A DNA stretch of 64,000 nucleotides. It comes from Geosiphon pyriformis uo1 (taxonomy: Eukaryota; Fungi; Glomeromycota). The notes beneath the pieces were generated by a model. That model was not told the DNA's origin. It worked only from the letters and a program-made list of their open reading frames with translations, and made no database searches. Where the stretch lies: positions 574,787 to 638,786 of the forward strand of contig JAAOMT010000183.1 of assembly GCA_016748015.1 (NCBI GenBank). Direction: 5' to 3'. Shown here one piece after another: positions 63,101-64,000 of this stretch. Position 1 is the stretch's first letter, and the number at the start of each line of letters is the position of its first letter. A program made the translations under genes and the position numbers.

Positions 63101-64000
63101 TAACAAGTACGAGTTTCATATTCCTCTTCTGGAGAAATATATGCTTCCATTGATGAAAGTTTTTTGTTGCAATCTTTGCATTTGAGTAGAATATAGAGTG
63201 GTTGTTTCCATGGTTCTGGTGTAGAATATCTAACTTTCTTCCATCTTTTTGATTCTTCAAAAATCTCCTGTTTTGTTTCTTCAGCCCAATTGGATGTTGC
63301 TCTAAGAGCCATGTAGGTTTTAGTAAGTGGCATTTTTTTCTCCTCTTCAAATTCAAATATTGGGGCTTTTTCTAATCGTTTGTTAAAAGTACCACAGGTT
63401 GCAGGTACTATAGTATATTGTTTTTGGTATGAGATTTTAAGTTCTTGAGTTTCCCAGTTCAGGTTTGCATTGGCCTTAAGAAGCCAATCATTTCCAACTA
63501 GAGCTTAGTATTAGGGTGCATCCATAACAAAAACTTTAACTGGAATGGTGATTCCATCAATTGAAAAAGGGAAATCATCAATTTCTCCTACTAGAGTCTT
63601 CTTTATATCATTAGCTATGACAATAACTGTTTGAGCTGGTCTGTCTACATTTTGTTTAAGTTGTTGCATCAGCTGGTAAGTGATGATACTTCCAGCCAAT
63701 CTACTATCTAAGATTAAGCGAATGGGTTTTTTTTTTACTGTAGCTTCTGTGTACATAGCAGTAATTGCTTTCTGTTTATTGACTGCTGCATTACTAAGCA
63801 GAAATGGTGATTCATTTGCTTCAAACTCAAAAGGGAATATATCTGAAAGGTTAGTGTTTTCAGCGATTCTGGCTGGTGGGATTGTGGTAGGAGTATAGGA
63901 AGGGTTTTGTTGTTGTGCTGCAGCTCTACCTTCCAAAGATGCAATATAGTAAAAATCCTGTTTTTCTGGCATTGTTAAATAACTGGGTTGAGTGTGGTAG
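60195..64000 (-). pseudogene. pol: F PR-Cys-dUTPase-RT-RNase H polyprotein
   Basis: LILDSRLAGSII; CKDC...CYFCKAC...CLTC; DTGYDL...FGST (~62030-62430); [14 protein letters not shown]; LATDAS; ends SLSRMRQY-TAA. Confidence 0.93.

Larger units (their letters stand above)
57521..64000 (-). mobile_element. Element F: A-family element (5' part outside window)
   Basis: Collinear inverted copy of A from PR to 3' LTR; LTR 57521-57919 is partial. Confidence 0.95.

Noticed and set aside
7215-63898. Numerous 60-140 aa antisense or alternate-frame ORFs
   Set aside because: They are shadows of TE coding strands; they recur only because the TEs are repeated.
1-64000. APOBEC-type editing of cDNA as the mutation source
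   Set aside because: Each element carries both C>T and G>A changes on the same strand, indicating mutation after integration on both strands.
1-64000. A and F as arms of one giant inverted-repeat element
   Set aside because: Each has its own PPT/LTR, A sits inside B, and their gag/PR linkers differ; they are independent insertions.

Overview
This is a very AT-rich, CpG-depleted eukaryotic window made entirely of nested retroelements, with three assembly gaps. I found no host gene, RNA gene or CRISPR array. The repeat proteins resemble those I recall from Glomeromycotina fungi (Geosiphon-like); this is recall, not a search result. Contents: (i) eight copies or fragments of Ty3/Gypsy-type LTR elements, labelled A-H, from at least four LTR families, plus LTR relics; (ii) three co-oriented LINEs of APE-RT-RNase H type, one of them only an RT fragment; (iii) an ORF1-only, HAL1-like retroposon. 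Almost all ORFs are broken by C:G>T:A transitions. The main candidate novelty is the LTR lineage itself: LTR-PBS-[gag-PR-Cys-rich domain-dUTPase-dUTPase-like domain-RT-RNase H]STOP-[integrase as a separate ORF]-[conserved non-env ORF3]-PPT-LTR. It has TGTTA...TAACA ends and a 4-bp TSD. All eight readable insertion flanks are centred on a CpG-decay dinucleotide (TG/CA/TA), suggesting CpG-centred targeting. Domain boundaries are approximate; LTR ends, stop codons and TSDs were read base by base.
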